Shown one piece after another: positions 1 through 9,626 of a stretch of DNA of 32,000 nt. Origin of the DNA: Longivirga aurantiaca (GTDB taxonomy: Bacteria > Actinomycetota > Actinomycetes > S36-B12 > CAIYMF01). The position numbers were made by a program, and so were the translations under genes. The stretch covers positions 180,001-212,000 of the forward strand of contig NZ_JBHSTI010000002.1 of assembly GCF_042660085.1 (NCBI RefSeq). Reading direction: 5' to 3'. The notes under the pieces are model-generated. The model was not told the origin of the DNA. It saw only the letters and a program-made list of their open reading frames with translations, and did not search any database. Numbering within the stretch: position 1 is the first letter of the stretch; the number at the start of each line of letters is the position of its first letter.

Positions 1-311
1 CTGCACCGGCGCTCCAGTCGATGATCTCCTCGATGGCGCACGGCGGGAAGATCGCCCTGCTCGGCCTGCCGTCGACGTCGGTCGAGTTCCAGTGGGACCG
101 CGTCATCCGCTCGATGCTCACGGTGAAGGGGATCTTCGGCCGGGAGATGTTCGAGACCTGGTACGCGATGTCGGTGCTCGTCGGAGCTGGCCTCGACATC
201 TCGCCCGTGATCACACACCGCTTCCCGTACACGGACTTCGACGAGGCGTTCGACACCGCCGCGTCCGGCCACTGCGGGAAGGTCGTCCTCGACTGGGAGG
301 TGGCGTCATGA
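1..311 (+). CDS. tdh: L-threonine 3-dehydrogenase, C-terminal part (5' truncated by window edge)
   Basis: Translation [18 protein letters not shown]...GREMFETWY...[21 protein letters not shown] is typical of the TDH C-terminus; stop codon overlaps the kbl start (ATGA). Confidence 0.93.
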   Translation, partial: APALQSMISSMAHGGKIALLGLPSTSVEFQWDRVIRSMLTVKGIFGREMFETWYAMSVLVGAGLDISPVITHRFPYTDFDEAFDTAASGHCGKVVLDWEVAS

Positions 312-1498
312 CGGCGTCGCTCGACGCGCTCCGCGCGGACATCAACGGCCGCCTCGACGAGATGCGCGCCACCGGCGTCTTCAAGCCCGAGCGGGTGATG
401 GCGTCGCCGCAGGGCACGCACGTCGTCGACGGCGAGGGCCGGGACGTGCTCAACCTGTGCGCCAACAACTACCTCGGGCTCGCCGACGACCCACGAGTGG
501 TGGAGGCGGCCGAGAAGGCCGTGCGCCAGTGGGGCTACGGGATGGCGTCGGTGCGCTTCATCTGCGGGACGCAGACGATCCACCGCGACCTCGAGCAGCG
601 CCTCGCGGCGTACCTCGGCACCGAGGACTCGATCCTGTTCGGCTCGTGCTTCGATGCGAACGGCGGTGTGTTCGAGGCCCTGCTCGACGAGCGCGACGCC
701 GTGATCTCGGACGCGCTCAACCACGCGTCGATCATCGACGGCGTGCGCCTCTGCAAGGCGCAGCGGCTGCGCTACGCCAACCGCGACATGGCCGAGCTCG
801 AGGCCAGGCTCGTCGAGTCGGCCGGTGCGCGCTACCGGCTGATCGTCACCGACGGCGTCTTCTCGATGGATGGCTACCTCGCGCCTCTCGACGAGATCGT
901 CGCGCTCGCCGACAAGCACGACGCCCTCGTGATGGTCGACGACTCGCACGCCGTCGGCTTCGTCGGTCCGACGGGTCGAGGCACGCCCGAGCTGTTCGGC
1001 GTGCGCGACCGCGTCGACATCGTGACGGGCACGCTCGGCAAGGCGCTCGGCGGTGCGTCCGGCGGCTACGTCGCCGCGCGGGCCGAGATCGTGGCGCTCC
1101 TCAAGCAGCGCGCGAGGCCGTACCTGTTCTCGAACTCGGTCGCGCCGCCGATCGTGGCGGCGTCGCTCGCCGTGCTCGACCTGCTCGAGGGCGAGAGCGC
1201 GCTCCGCGACCGCGTGCACGCCGCCGCGGCTCGGTTCCGTGCAGGGATGGAGGCCGAGGGCTTCGACCTGCTGCCGGGCTCGCACCCGATCGTGCCGGTG
1301 ATGTTCGGCGACGCGATCGTCGCGGGGCGGATGGCGGAGGAGCTGTTCGCCCGCGGCGTGTACGCCGTCGCGTTCTCGTTCCCGGTGGTGCCGCAGGGCC
1401 AGGCCCGCATCCGCGTGCAGCTATCGGCCGCGCACACGGACGCCGACGTCGACCGCGCCGTCGCCGCCTTCGCGGCCGCCCGCACCGCGGTGTCCTAG
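308..1498 (+). CDS. kbl: Glycine C-acetyltransferase (2-amino-3-ketobutyrate CoA ligase)
   Basis: ATG at 308 overlaps the tdh stop; PLP-dependent alpha-oxoamine synthase motifs ([59 protein letters not shown]). Listed ORF start at 92 is upstream of the real start. Confidence 0.96.
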   Translation: MTASLDALRADINGRLDEMRATGVFKPERVMASPQGTHVVDGEGRDVLNLCANNYLGLADDPRVVEAAEKAVRQWGYGMASVRFICGTQTIHRDLEQRLAAYLGTEDSILFGSCFDANGGVFEALLDERDAVISDALNHASIIDGVRLCKAQRLRYANRDMAELEARLVESAGARYRLIVTDGVFSMDGYLAPLDEIVALADKHDALVMVDDSHAVGFVGPTGRGTPELFGVRDRVDIVTGTLGKALGGASGGYVAARAEIVALLKQRARPYLFSNSVAPPIVAASLAVLDLLEGESALRDRVHAAAARFRAGMEAEGFDLLPGSHPIVPVMFGDAIVAGRMAEELFARGVYAVAFSFPVVPQGQARIRVQLSAAHTDADVDRAVAAFAAARTAVS

Positions 1499-1600
1499 GG
1501 GTACCGGGACCATCGGCCGGGTTCCGCGCCGCCCTCGGGCGGACGCAGCCTTCTCGTGCCGGGAGACGGACAGCCTCCCGGGAACCACGAGGAGGACCAC

Positions 1601-2002
1601 ATGCTCAGCATCCGGAACACTGCCGCACTCGGCGCGGCCGCAGCGTCGCTCGTGCTCGTGGCCGGCGTGGTCGTCACCGCGCCCGCCAGCGCCAAGAGCA
1701 CCGATGTCATCGCGACCGGCTCCTGCACGGGCGGCAGCAACTACAAGCTCAAGGCCAAGCCCGACAACGGCGCGCTCCAGGTGGAGTGGGAGGTCGACCA
1801 GAACCGCAACGGCCAGGTCTGGACCTGGGCGATCACCCATGACGGCGTCACCAAGGCCTCGGGCCGCGCCACCACCCAGGCTCCGAGCGGCTCGTTCTCG
1901 GTGACGCGCCGTGTCGTGAACGCCGCCGGCACTCACACGATCAGCGGCGCCGCGCGCAACGCGGCCACCGGTGAGGTGTGCCGAGGCTCGCTCGTCATCT
2001 GA
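1601..2002 (+). CDS. Small secreted hypothetical protein with signal peptide
   Basis: ATG at 1601 preceded by GAGGAGG; MLSIRNTAALGAAAASLVLVAGVVVTAPASA signal peptide; two cysteines in the mature part. Confidence 0.8.
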   Translation: MLSIRNTAALGAAAASLVLVAGVVVTAPASAKSTDVIATGSCTGGSNYKLKAKPDNGALQVEWEVDQNRNGQVWTWAITHDGVTKASGRATTQAPSGSFSVTRRVVNAAGTHTISGAARNAATGEVCRGSLVI

Positions 2003-2347
2003 TCTCCGGCACGGAGCCACCGCGTCGGTCGCGGCCCGGTGGCCGGTTCCTCTCCCACCGGGTCGCACGCTGCGGCACCCGCCTCCGCGGAGGTGGGTGC
2101 CGCCGGTGATGCCGGCCCTCCAGACGCCGTCACGCACCCCCGCCATCCCCGTGGAGGCGGTGCGTGACGGCCCCCGGCCCGCCGGGACGATCGCCCGCCC
2201 CACGCACCTCGGCCTCCCCCGACACGAGGTGCGTGGGGCGGACTTCGTCGTGAGGGGGTGCCCGCCGGCGTCCGTCGTGGGAACCTGGAGCCGCCCGAAG
2301 GCGTCGGACGGTACGAGCCCGAATCTCCGGGACGAGGGAGGCACGAC

Positions 2348-2728
2348 ATGGCGAGCACCCGCAGGAAGGCCGCGTACGCCGCGGCCGCCAGCGCCGCGGC
2401 GACCGACGGACCGGTCGGCTTCGCGCAGCGCGTGGGCTCGATCCCGCGCATGGTCCGCGACGTCATGTCCGGCCGGTTCGACGGCATCGGCCGAGGCCGC
2501 CTGCTCATCATGCTGCTCGCGGCCGTCTACATCGTGTCGCCGATCGACCTGCTGCCCGAGGCCTTCCTGACGCTGCCCGGCATGATCGACGACGCCGGCA
2601 TCGCGGCCTGGCTGATCGCGGCGCTGTTCGGCGCGACCACGGCGTACCGGCACTGGGAGAGCGGCCGAGTCGACTCGCCGACCGTCGACGACCCGCGCGT
2701 GGTCCCGGGCGAGGTACTGCACCCCTAG
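2348..2728 (+). CDS. YkvA/DUF1232 family membrane protein
   Basis: Internal start MASTRRKAAYAA; core LLIMLLAAVYIVSPIDLLPEAFLTLPGMIDDAGIAAWLIAAL matches the DUF1232 signature. Confidence 0.85.
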   Translation: MASTRRKAAYAAAASAAATDGPVGFAQRVGSIPRMVRDVMSGRFDGIGRGRLLIMLLAAVYIVSPIDLLPEAFLTLPGMIDDAGIAAWLIAALFGATTAYRHWESGRVDSPTVDDPRVVPGEVLHP

Positions 2729-2767
2729 CCGTCGCACCCGCCGCGCCGCCCGGCCTAGGGTCGGGGC

Positions 2768-5173
2768 GTGGGAACCGACGAGTGGATCGCCACGGCGACC
2801 GTGGCCGAGAAGGCCGAGCTCCTGGCCGGCCGTGACTTCTGGTCGATGCACGGAGTCGCCGCGCTCGGCATCCCTGCCATCGTGCTCACCGACGGCCCGC
2901 ACGGCGTGCGTCTGCAGAGCACCGCGACCGACGAGCTCTCCATCGGCGCCAACCATCCCGCCACCTGCTTCCCCACAGCGGCGACGCTCGCCTCCACCTG
3001 GGACCCGGCCCTGGTCGAGCGCGTCGGCGTCGCCCTCGGCGTGGAGTCGCGCGCCCTCGGCGTGAGCGTGCTGCTCGGCCCCGGCGCCAACATCAAGCGC
3101 ACGCCGCTGTGCGGCCGCAACTTCGAGTACTTCTCCGAGGACCCGCTCGTCTCCTCGAGCATGGCCGCCGCCTGGATCCGCGGCGTGCAGAGCCAGGGCG
3201 TGGGTGCCTCGCTCAAGCACTACGCGGCCAACAACCAGGAGCGGCTCCGCTACAGCGTGGACGCCGTGGTCGACGAGCGGGCGCTGCGCGAGATCTACCT
3301 CGCGAGCTTCGAGGCCGCGGTCCGCGAGGCGCGTCCGTGGACCGTGATGGCGGCGTACAACCGGGTGCTCGGCGAGTACGCCACGCAGCACCCGTGGCTG
3401 CTCACCACGGTGCTGCGCGACGAGTGGGGCTTCGACGGCGTCGTCCTGTCCGACTGGGGTGCGACCGACGACCGTGCCGCCGCGCTGCGCGCCGGCCTCG
3501 ACCTGCAGATGCCCGGCGTCCCGGACGCCGCCAAGCCGGTGGTCGACGCCGTGGCCGCCGGCTCGCTCGACCCCGCGTACGTCGACACCTCGGTGCGGCG
3601 CCTGCTCGACCTCGTCGACCGCACGGAGGCCGCGCGCACGCCGGTGGAGATCGACGTCGAGGCCCACCACGCGCTCGCCGAGGAGGTGGCCGCCGCCGGC
3701 AGCGTGCTGCTCAAGAACGACTTCGGCCTCCTGCCGCTGCGCGACGCCGCGGGGCTGAAGATCGCAGTCCTCGGCGACCTCGCGCGCACTCCGCGGTTCC
3801 AGGGCGCGGGCAGCTCGCTCATCAACGCGCGCAGGGTGGTCGCCGCGCTCGACGCCCTCGAGGAGCGGGTCGGCTCGGTCAGCTACGGGCAGGGCTACGA
3901 GCGGTACGTCGACCGCCCCGACGCCGGACTGCTCGACGAGGCGCGTGTGCTCGCCTCGCAGGCCGATGTCGCGATCGTCTTCGTGGGGCTGCCCGAGGTG
4001 TTCGAGACCGAGGGCGCCGACCGCGAGCACATGCGGATGCCGGCGTCGCACGACGCGCTCGTCGAGACGGTCGCTGCTGTGAACCCGCGCACGGTGGTCG
4101 TCCTCAGCAACGGCTCGCCGGTCGAGATGCCGTGGATCGGCCACGTGCCCGCGGTGCTCGAGGGCTACCTCGGCGGGCAGGAGTCGGGCGGCGCGATCGC
4201 GCGGATGCTCGTCGGCGAGCTCGAGCCCGGTGGTCGCCTCGCCGAGACCTTCCCGCTGCGCTGGAGCGAGCACCCGGTGTCGGCGCTGCCCGACGGCCCG
4301 CGCTTCACCGAGTACCGCGAGAGCGTCTACGTCGGCTACCGCTGGACCGACACCGTCGACGCCGACGTCCTCTTCCCGTTCGGCCACGGGCTGTCGTACA
4401 CGTCGTTCGGGTGGTCCGCTGCCGCGGCCGACCGCACCGCGCTCACCTCGGACGACCCTGCCGTCACGGTCACGCTGACCGTCGCCAACACCGGGGAGCG
4501 GGCCGGGACGGACGTCGTCCAGGTGTACGTGCGCCCGCCGATGTCGGGCACGTTCCGCCCGGCCCACCACCTGGGCGGGTTCACCAAGGTCGCGCTCGCC
4601 GCAGGGGCCTCCGCCGACGTGCAGGTCGTGCTCGACCGGCGCGCATTCGCGCGATGGAGCCCGAGCCGGCACGACTGGGTCGTGGACCCGGGCACCTATG
4701 TGCTCGAGGTGGCGGCGTCCTCCCGCGACGTCCGCGGCACGCTGGAGGTGCAGGTCGCCGGTGACTCCGTGCCCGAGGCGGACGCCGCCGTGGTCTACAC
4801 CGCGCCGCGCGCCGGCCAGGAGCTCGACCGGGCGTCGTTCGAGGCGCTGCTCGGCCGCGCGCTCGAGCCGAACGAGCCGGAGCGCAAGGGCGAGTTCACG
4901 ATGAACACCCCGCTGTCGCAGCTGGGCACGTCGACGGCCGCGGCCCGGCTGCGGGGCCTCATCGCCGACCGGATGGGCGGTGTGATCGGCGAGGACGAGG
5001 TCGCGCGCGTCATGGTGCGGCACACCCTCGAGGACGCATCGCTGCGGATGCTGTCGATGTTCGGCCAGGGCAGGGTGTCGCCCGCTGTGGCCGAGACGGT
5101 GCTCCTGGTCGCGAACGGACGGATGGCCGACGCCGTGCGCGCTCTGCGCGCCCTGAGCACGCCGCAGGCGTGA
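2768..5173 (+). CDS. Glycoside hydrolase family 3 beta-glucosidase with C-terminal fibronectin III-like domain
   Basis: 801 aa; LTDGPHGVR, LGPGANIKRTPLCGRNFEYFSEDP, SLKHYAANNQE, GFDGVVLSDWGA, LFPFGHGLSYTSF and the C-terminal Fn3-like region. Confidence 0.95.
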   Translation: MGTDEWIATATVAEKAELLAGRDFWSMHGVAALGIPAIVLTDGPHGVRLQSTATDELSIGANHPATCFPTAATLASTWDPALVERVGVALGVESRALGVSVLLGPGANIKRTPLCGRNFEYFSEDPLVSSSMAAAWIRGVQSQGVGASLKHYAANNQERLRYSVDAVVDERALREIYLASFEAAVREARPWTVMAAYNRVLGEYATQHPWLLTTVLRDEWGFDGVVLSDWGATDDRAAALRAGLDLQMPGVPDAAKPVVDAVAAGSLDPAYVDTSVRRLLDLVDRTEAARTPVEIDVEAHHALAEEVAAAGSVLLKNDFGLLPLRDAAGLKIAVLGDLARTPRFQGAGSSLINARRVVAALDALEERVGSVSYGQGYERYVDRPDAGLLDEARVLASQADVAIVFVGLPEVFETEGADREHMRMPASHDALVETVAAVNPRTVVVLSNGSPVEMPWIGHVPAVLEGYLGGQESGGAIARMLVGELEPGGRLAETFPLRWSEHPVSALPDGPRFTEYRESVYVGYRWTDTVDADVLFPFGHGLSYTSFGWSAAAADRTALTSDDPAVTVTLTVANTGERAGTDVVQVYVRPPMSGTFRPAHHLGGFTKVALAAGASADVQVVLDRRAFARWSPSRHDWVVDPGTYVLEVAASSRDVRGTLEVQVAGDSVPEADAAVVYTAPRAGQELDRASFEALLGRALEPNEPERKGEFTMNTPLSQLGTSTAAARLRGLIADRMGGVIGEDEVARVMVRHTLEDASLRMLSMFGQGRVSPAVAETVLLVANGRMADAVRALRALSTPQA

Positions 5174-5247
5174 CGGCCCGACCGGATACCGGCCGACCGG
5201 GTGTCGCTCAGCCTGGCCCGACGCGCCTGCTGGTTACGCTGCACGGC

Positions 5248-6216
5248 ATGGTGCGTCGTGGTCGTCTCCTTGCAGCAGCAGCACTCACCTCGGTCGCGCT
5301 CGCGCTCACCGCGATCCCCGGGGCCGCCACCGCCGCGACGCCGAGCCTGGTGATCGCACCGACCTGGACACCGATCCCGACGTACTCGGTCGCCAAGCAC
5401 GACGAGCCGATCACGTACGCCAACGGCTGTCACGCCAAGGGTGTGGTGACCACGCCGATCGTCTGCACCTTCAACCCCGGCGGCGGTCGCACCGTGATGC
5501 TGTTCGGGGACTCGCACGCCAACCACTGGTTCGGCGCCGTCCTCAACGCGGCCAAGGTCGGCAACTGGAAGTTCAAGACGATGACGAAGTCGGGCTGCCC
5601 CGCCGTCACCGTGAGCGTCCGCCGCTACAAGTCGGCGAACTACTACCCCGAGTGCAACTCCTGGCGTGCCGGGACGCTCAGCAACCTGCAGGCCGTCAAG
5701 TACGGGCGCATCGACGTCGTGGTGATGAGCTCGTGGCACTTCCACCAGGTGCTGACCTCGACGTACGGCAGCAACCTCACCGGTGCCACCAAGTACGCGA
5801 CGTGGAAGAAGGGGATGAGCGCCACCCTCACGAAGATGCTGAAGGGCGTCCGGCAGATCGTGATCCTGCGCGACTCGCCGGACCTTCCCGGAGACATGCT
5901 GCAGGCGCAGGCCTGCTACGCGGCGTACGGGCTCGCGGCCGAGACCAGGTGCGGCACGACGCTCGCCAAGGCCACGAGCGCCGGCATCTGGAACGCCGAG
6001 CGCCAGGCCGTGGCGGAGCTCCCGTCGACCCTGCGCGCGCGCGTGAAGACGGTCGACCTCACCACCCCGACCTGCCCCAACTCGTGGTGCGGCCCGATCG
6101 ATGGCCCCTACCTCGCGTTCAAGGACGACAACCACTGGACGCAGACGTGGGTGAAGGCGCGCATGAACAAGCCCGTCTACACCGAGGTCAAGGCCGCGAT
6201 GCTGCGCGCGGGCTGA
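5248..6216 (+). CDS. Secreted stand-alone SGNH-domain protein (AT3/OafA-type SGNH fold without the acyltransferase membrane domain)
   Basis: Signal peptide MVRRGRLLAAAALTSVALALTAIPGAATA; VMLFGDSHANHWF block, VVVMSSWH, C-terminal FKDDNHWTQTW (Asp-x-x-His). Alternative upstream start at 5170. Confidence 0.8.
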   Translation: MVRRGRLLAAAALTSVALALTAIPGAATAATPSLVIAPTWTPIPTYSVAKHDEPITYANGCHAKGVVTTPIVCTFNPGGGRTVMLFGDSHANHWFGAVLNAAKVGNWKFKTMTKSGCPAVTVSVRRYKSANYYPECNSWRAGTLSNLQAVKYGRIDVVVMSSWHFHQVLTSTYGSNLTGATKYATWKKGMSATLTKMLKGVRQIVILRDSPDLPGDMLQAQACYAAYGLAAETRCGTTLAKATSAGIWNAERQAVAELPSTLRARVKTVDLTTPTCPNSWCGPIDGPYLAFKDDNHWTQTWVKARMNKPVYTEVKAAMLRAG

Positions 6217-6268
6217 CCTCCTCGACCCCCGTTCTGCGTGCAGGACGGAAGAGGACGACAGTGGGGGC

Positions 6269-6808
6269 ATGACCGAAGAGCAGGACTACCAGGTCGTCAT
6301 CCGCTATCCGGGGTTCGAGGTGCGGCGCTACCCCGAGCACGTCGTCGCCGAGATCGAGGTGTCCGGCAGCTTCGAGGCTGCGGGCAACGCGGCGTTCCGG
6401 CCGCTGGCGTCGTACATCGGCGGGGCGAACGAGTCGAAGGCCGGCATCTCGATGACCGCGCCGGTGCTGCAGCGCGCACCCGCCGAGCAGCCCGCGACGG
6501 TGTCCGAGACCGAGGACGGCGCGCATGTGATCGCCTTCGTCCTGCCCTCGACGATCACGGCGACCGGCGCGCCGGTGCCGGCCGACCCGCGGGTCAGCAT
6601 CCGCGTGGTGCCCGAGGAGCTGGCGGCGGTGGCGTCGTACTCCGGCCGCTGGACCGAGCACTCGTACCGCAAGCATGTGGACGAGCTCCTCGCAGCGATG
6701 TCGGCAGTCGGCCTCGAGCCGGGAGGGCCGCCGCGGTTCGCGCGCTTCGACCCGCCGTGGAAGCCCTGGTTCGCCCGCCGCAACGAGGTCGTCATCCCCG
6801 TCGCGTGA
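6269..6808 (+). CDS. SOUL family heme-binding protein
   Basis: YQVVIRYPGFEVRRYPEHVVAEIEV...AFRPLASYIGG...ISMTAPVLQ...FVLPSTITATGAPVPADPRVSIR. Confidence 0.9.
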   Translation: MTEEQDYQVVIRYPGFEVRRYPEHVVAEIEVSGSFEAAGNAAFRPLASYIGGANESKAGISMTAPVLQRAPAEQPATVSETEDGAHVIAFVLPSTITATGAPVPADPRVSIRVVPEELAAVASYSGRWTEHSYRKHVDELLAAMSAVGLEPGGPPRFARFDPPWKPWFARRNEVVIPVA

Positions 6809-6811
6809 CGG

Positions 6812-7573
6812 TCAGGCGAACCGACGACGGTACGTGAGCATCGCGACGGCGTACGCGACGGCGAGGATGCCGAGGCACCAGGCGAGGGCAATCCAGATGT
6901 CGGAGCTGACGGCGCGCTGGCTGTAGAGGTCGCGGATCGCGTCGACGATGGGCGTCACGGGCTGGTTCTCGGCGAAGGCGCGCACCGGTCCGGGCATCGT
7001 CGCCGTCAGCACGAACGCGGAGCTCACGAACGGCAGGAAGATCAAGGGGTAGGAGAAGGCGCTCGCTCCGTCCACGGTCTTGGCCGACAGCCCCGCGATG
7101 ACGGCGAGCCAGGTGAGGGCGAGCGTGAACAGCGTGAGGATGCCGGCGACCGCGAGCCAGGCTCCGACGCCCGCGCCCGAGCGGAAGCCCATGAGCAGTG
7201 CGGCGACCACGACGACCGCGACCGAGATCAGGCTCGCGACCAGTGAGGTGAGCACGTGCGCCCACAGGATCGACGACCGTGAGATGGGCATCGACTGGAA
7301 GCGCTCGAAGAGCCCGTCCTTGAGATCCATGAACAGGCGGAACGCCGTGTAGGCGATGCTCGAGGCGATCGTGATGAGCAGGATTCCAGGGAGCAGGTAG
7401 TTCACGTACGAGGCCGACCCCGCGCTGATCGCGCCGCCGAACACGTAGACGAACATCAGCAGGAACGCGATCGGCATGACCGTCGTGGTGATGATCGTGT
7501 CGGGGCTGCGGGAGATGTGACGCAACGACCGCCCCGTCAGCAGCGCGGTGTCGCCGAGGAGGCGGCTGCTCAT
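6812..7573 (-). CDS. ABC-2 type transporter permease
   Basis: 253 aa from MSSRLLGDTALLTGRSLRHISRSPDTIITTTVMPIAFLLMFVYVFGG; multiple TM segments; 4-nt overlap with the ATPase gene. The listed ORF up to 8479 is an over-extension. Confidence 0.92.
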   Translation of the reverse strand: MSSRLLGDTALLTGRSLRHISRSPDTIITTTVMPIAFLLMFVYVFGGAISAGSASYVNYLLPGILLITIASSIAYTAFRLFMDLKDGLFERFQSMPISRSSILWAHVLTSLVASLISVAVVVVAALLMGFRSGAGVGAWLAVAGILTLFTLALTWLAVIAGLSAKTVDGASAFSYPLIFLPFVSSAFVLTATMPGPVRAFAENQPVTPIVDAIRDLYSQRAVSSDIWIALAWCLGILAVAYAVAMLTYRRRFA

Positions 7574-8352
7574 GGCTGCTCCTTGCTGGTGGGGGAGGCT
7601 CCGACGACAGCCAGGAAGACGTCCTCGAGCGTGGGCTGCTTCTCGACGTACTCGACGGTGGTCGGCGGCATCAGCGCCTTGAGCTCCGCGAGCGTCCCGT
7701 CGACGATGATGCGTCCCTCGTGCAGGATCGCGATTCTGTCCGCGAGCTGCTCCGCCTCGTCGAGGTACTGGGTGGTCAGCAGCACCGTGGTGCCGTGCCG
7801 GGCGAGGTCCTTGATGCTGCGCCACACCTCGAGGCGCGACTGCGGGTCGAGGCTGGTCGTGGGCTCGTCCAGGAAGACCACCGGGGGATCCCCGAGCAGG
7901 CTCATCGCGATGTCCAGCCGGCGACGCATCCCGCCCGAGTAGGTCGCCACTCGCCGGTCGGCCGCGTCTGAGAGCTGAAAGCGGTGCAGCAGCGTGTCGG
8001 CGGCGGCACGCGCCTCCGGCACCCTGCGGAGGCGGGCGATGAGGACGAGGTTCTCGCGGCCGGTGAGGATCTCGTCGACGGCGGCGAATTGCCCGGTGAG
8101 GCTGATCGACCCGCGCACCTCGGCGGGGTGGGTGGCGACGTCGAAGCCCGCGACGGTCGCCGATCCTGCGTCGGCTCGGAGCAGGGTCGACAGGATCCTG
8201 ACGACCGTGGTCTTGCCGGCGCCGTTGGATCCGAGCAGGGCGAAGATCGTGCCTGCAGGTACGTCGAAGTCGACGCCCCGGAGGATCGGCAGCTCCCTGA
8301 ACGCTTTCTCGAGGCCCTGAACGCGGAGTGCGGGGGTCGCGGTGGTGGTCAT
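7570..8352 (-). CDS. ABC transporter ATP-binding protein (daunorubicin-resistance/DrrA-type)
   Basis: Walker A GSNGAGKTT, signature YSGGMRRRLDIAMSL, Walker B PPVVFLDEPTTSLD. Confidence 0.95.
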   Translation of the reverse strand: MTTTATPALRVQGLEKAFRELPILRGVDFDVPAGTIFALLGSNGAGKTTVVRILSTLLRADAGSATVAGFDVATHPAEVRGSISLTGQFAAVDEILTGRENLVLIARLRRVPEARAAADTLLHRFQLSDAADRRVATYSGGMRRRLDIAMSLLGDPPVVFLDEPTTSLDPQSRLEVWRSIKDLARHGTTVLLTTQYLDEAEQLADRIAILHEGRIIVDGTLAELKALMPPTTVEYVEKQPTLEDVFLAVVGASPTSKEQP

Positions 8353-8702
8353 GCGGGTGCCTCCGTCTCGCCGTCCGCCGCCTCGATCGCGCGGCGCAGG
8401 CGGTCCTGCTCACGGACGATCCACTGGCCGGCCGGGTAGTTGCGCACGAAGGCCTCGGCGAACTCGACGGGGTCGTCACCGACGACCTCCCTCACCGGGG
8501 AGCCGTCCGCCGCCGCCTGCTCGAAGAGGTCGGCCAGGTCGTCGAGCATCCTGAGGATGCTCTCGGCGTCGCCGACTCCGCCGAGGTGGTTGATGTAGCG
8601 CTCCATCCCGGCGACCGCCGTGCGGTAGCTCGGCGGCAGCTGCGCGATGCGAGCCTTGTACCGCCGGTACTGCCTCTTCTGCTCGAGCATCTTGAACGCC
8701 AT
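8349..8702 (-). CDS. DUF1048 domain-containing protein
   Basis: 117 aa MAFKMLEQKRQYRRYKARIAQLPPSYRTAVAGMERYINHLG...; placed between PadR and ABC genes as is typical of DUF1048. Confidence 0.85.
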   Translation of the reverse strand: MAFKMLEQKRQYRRYKARIAQLPPSYRTAVAGMERYINHLGGVGDAESILRMLDDLADLFEQAAADGSPVREVVGDDPVEFAEAFVRNYPAGQWIVREQDRLRRAIEAADGETEAPA

Positions 8703-8704
8703 GG

Positions 8705-9034
8705 CTACCGTCCTCCTTCGCGGAGCTGCTCCAGCTGTTCTGCGAGGAAGCTCCAGGTCCTCCAGAAGTCGTCGAGGTGCGCCCGGCCGGCCGCGTTGAG
8801 CGTGTAGACCTTGCGCGGGGGGCCCTTCTCGGAGGGCTCCTTGGCCACATCGACCAGGCCCCGCTGCTCGACGCGGATGAGGAGGGCGTAGATGGTCCCC
8901 TCCGCGATCTCGGCGAAGCCCTTGTCGCGCAACCACGCGGTGATCTCGTAGCCGTACGCCGGTCGATCACGGAGCAGCGCGAGGACGATCCCCTCGAGAG
9001 TGCCCTTGAGCATCTCCGTCTCCTGCTTGCCCAT
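8705..9034 (-). CDS. PadR family transcriptional regulator
   Basis: MLKGTLEGIVLALLRDRPAYGYEITAWLRDKGFAEIAEGTIYALLIRVEQRGLV...GPPRKVYTLNAAGRAHL. Confidence 0.95.
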   Translation of the reverse strand: MGKQETEMLKGTLEGIVLALLRDRPAYGYEITAWLRDKGFAEIAEGTIYALLIRVEQRGLVDVAKEPSEKGPPRKVYTLNAAGRAHLDDFWRTWSFLAEQLEQLREGGR

Positions 9035-9052
9035 CCGGCTCGCCGTCCTTGC

Positions 9053-9094
9053 TACTCAGTGATAGTGACTACTGGTACAAAGTAACACTGAGTA
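9053..9094. promoter_or_regulatory. Candidate PadR operator: inverted repeat TACTCAGTG-N24-CACTGAGTA
   Basis: Perfect 9-bp arms at 9053-9061 and 9086-9094 in an AT-richer island directly upstream of the padR-like gene; the spacer holds a weaker internal dyad (AGTGACTACT ... AAGTAACACT). Confidence 0.55.
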
Positions 9095-9154
9095 CCGGGA
9101 GGGTCCACCCCGTCGCGTGACCCCGCCCGGCTCGGGGAGGAGCAGACTGGGCGC

Positions 9155-9487
9155 ATGGCCGACCTCGACGCCGTGCGACGGGTGCTGCTCGACAAGCAGC
9201 GCGACCTCGTCGAGCGCGCGGCCGGGCTGACCGCTGCCCCCGACGCCACCGGCAACATCTCGTTCGGCAAGCGCGTCGGCGACGGCACGAGCCTGGCGGT
9301 CGAGCGCCTCACCCAGGTGGCCGCGCACGAGCAGATGCTCGTGCAGTCCGAAGAGGTGCAGCGCGCCCTCGACAAGCTCGACGAGGGCACCTACGGCATC
9401 TGCGACGGGTGCGGGGCGACGATCCCCGAGGGCCGTCTCGAGATCCATCCGTGGGCCGTGCGCTGCGTCGCCTGCGCCGCCGGCTGA
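9155..9487 (+). CDS. TraR/DksA C4-type zinc finger protein
   Basis: 110 aa; ALDKLDEGTYGICDGCGATIPEGRLEIHPWAVRCVAC. Confidence 0.9.
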   Translation: MADLDAVRRVLLDKQRDLVERAAGLTAAPDATGNISFGKRVGDGTSLAVERLTQVAAHEQMLVQSEEVQRALDKLDEGTYGICDGCGATIPEGRLEIHPWAVRCVACAAG

Positions 9488-9626
9488 CCGGCCGACCTGG
9501 CCGGAAGTACGACGCGGTCACCGGCCGGCGGACCGACACAGGTCGGGCTCGGGGGCTGATGGCTCAGCGGCTGGGTGCGACCAGGCTCGACCGGACAGAG
9601 GTCGTGGTCGAGGAGGCGTCAGCACC

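Noticed and set aside
1421-5023. 1200-aa minus-strand ORF
   Set aside because: Shadow ORF opposite kbl end, two small genes and the GH3 gene; Arg/His/Gly-rich composition typical of high-GC antisense frames.
6812-8479. 555-aa reading of the ABC permease ORF
   Set aside because: The N-terminal 300 residues are an out-of-frame reading of the ATPase gene; the true permease starts at 7573.
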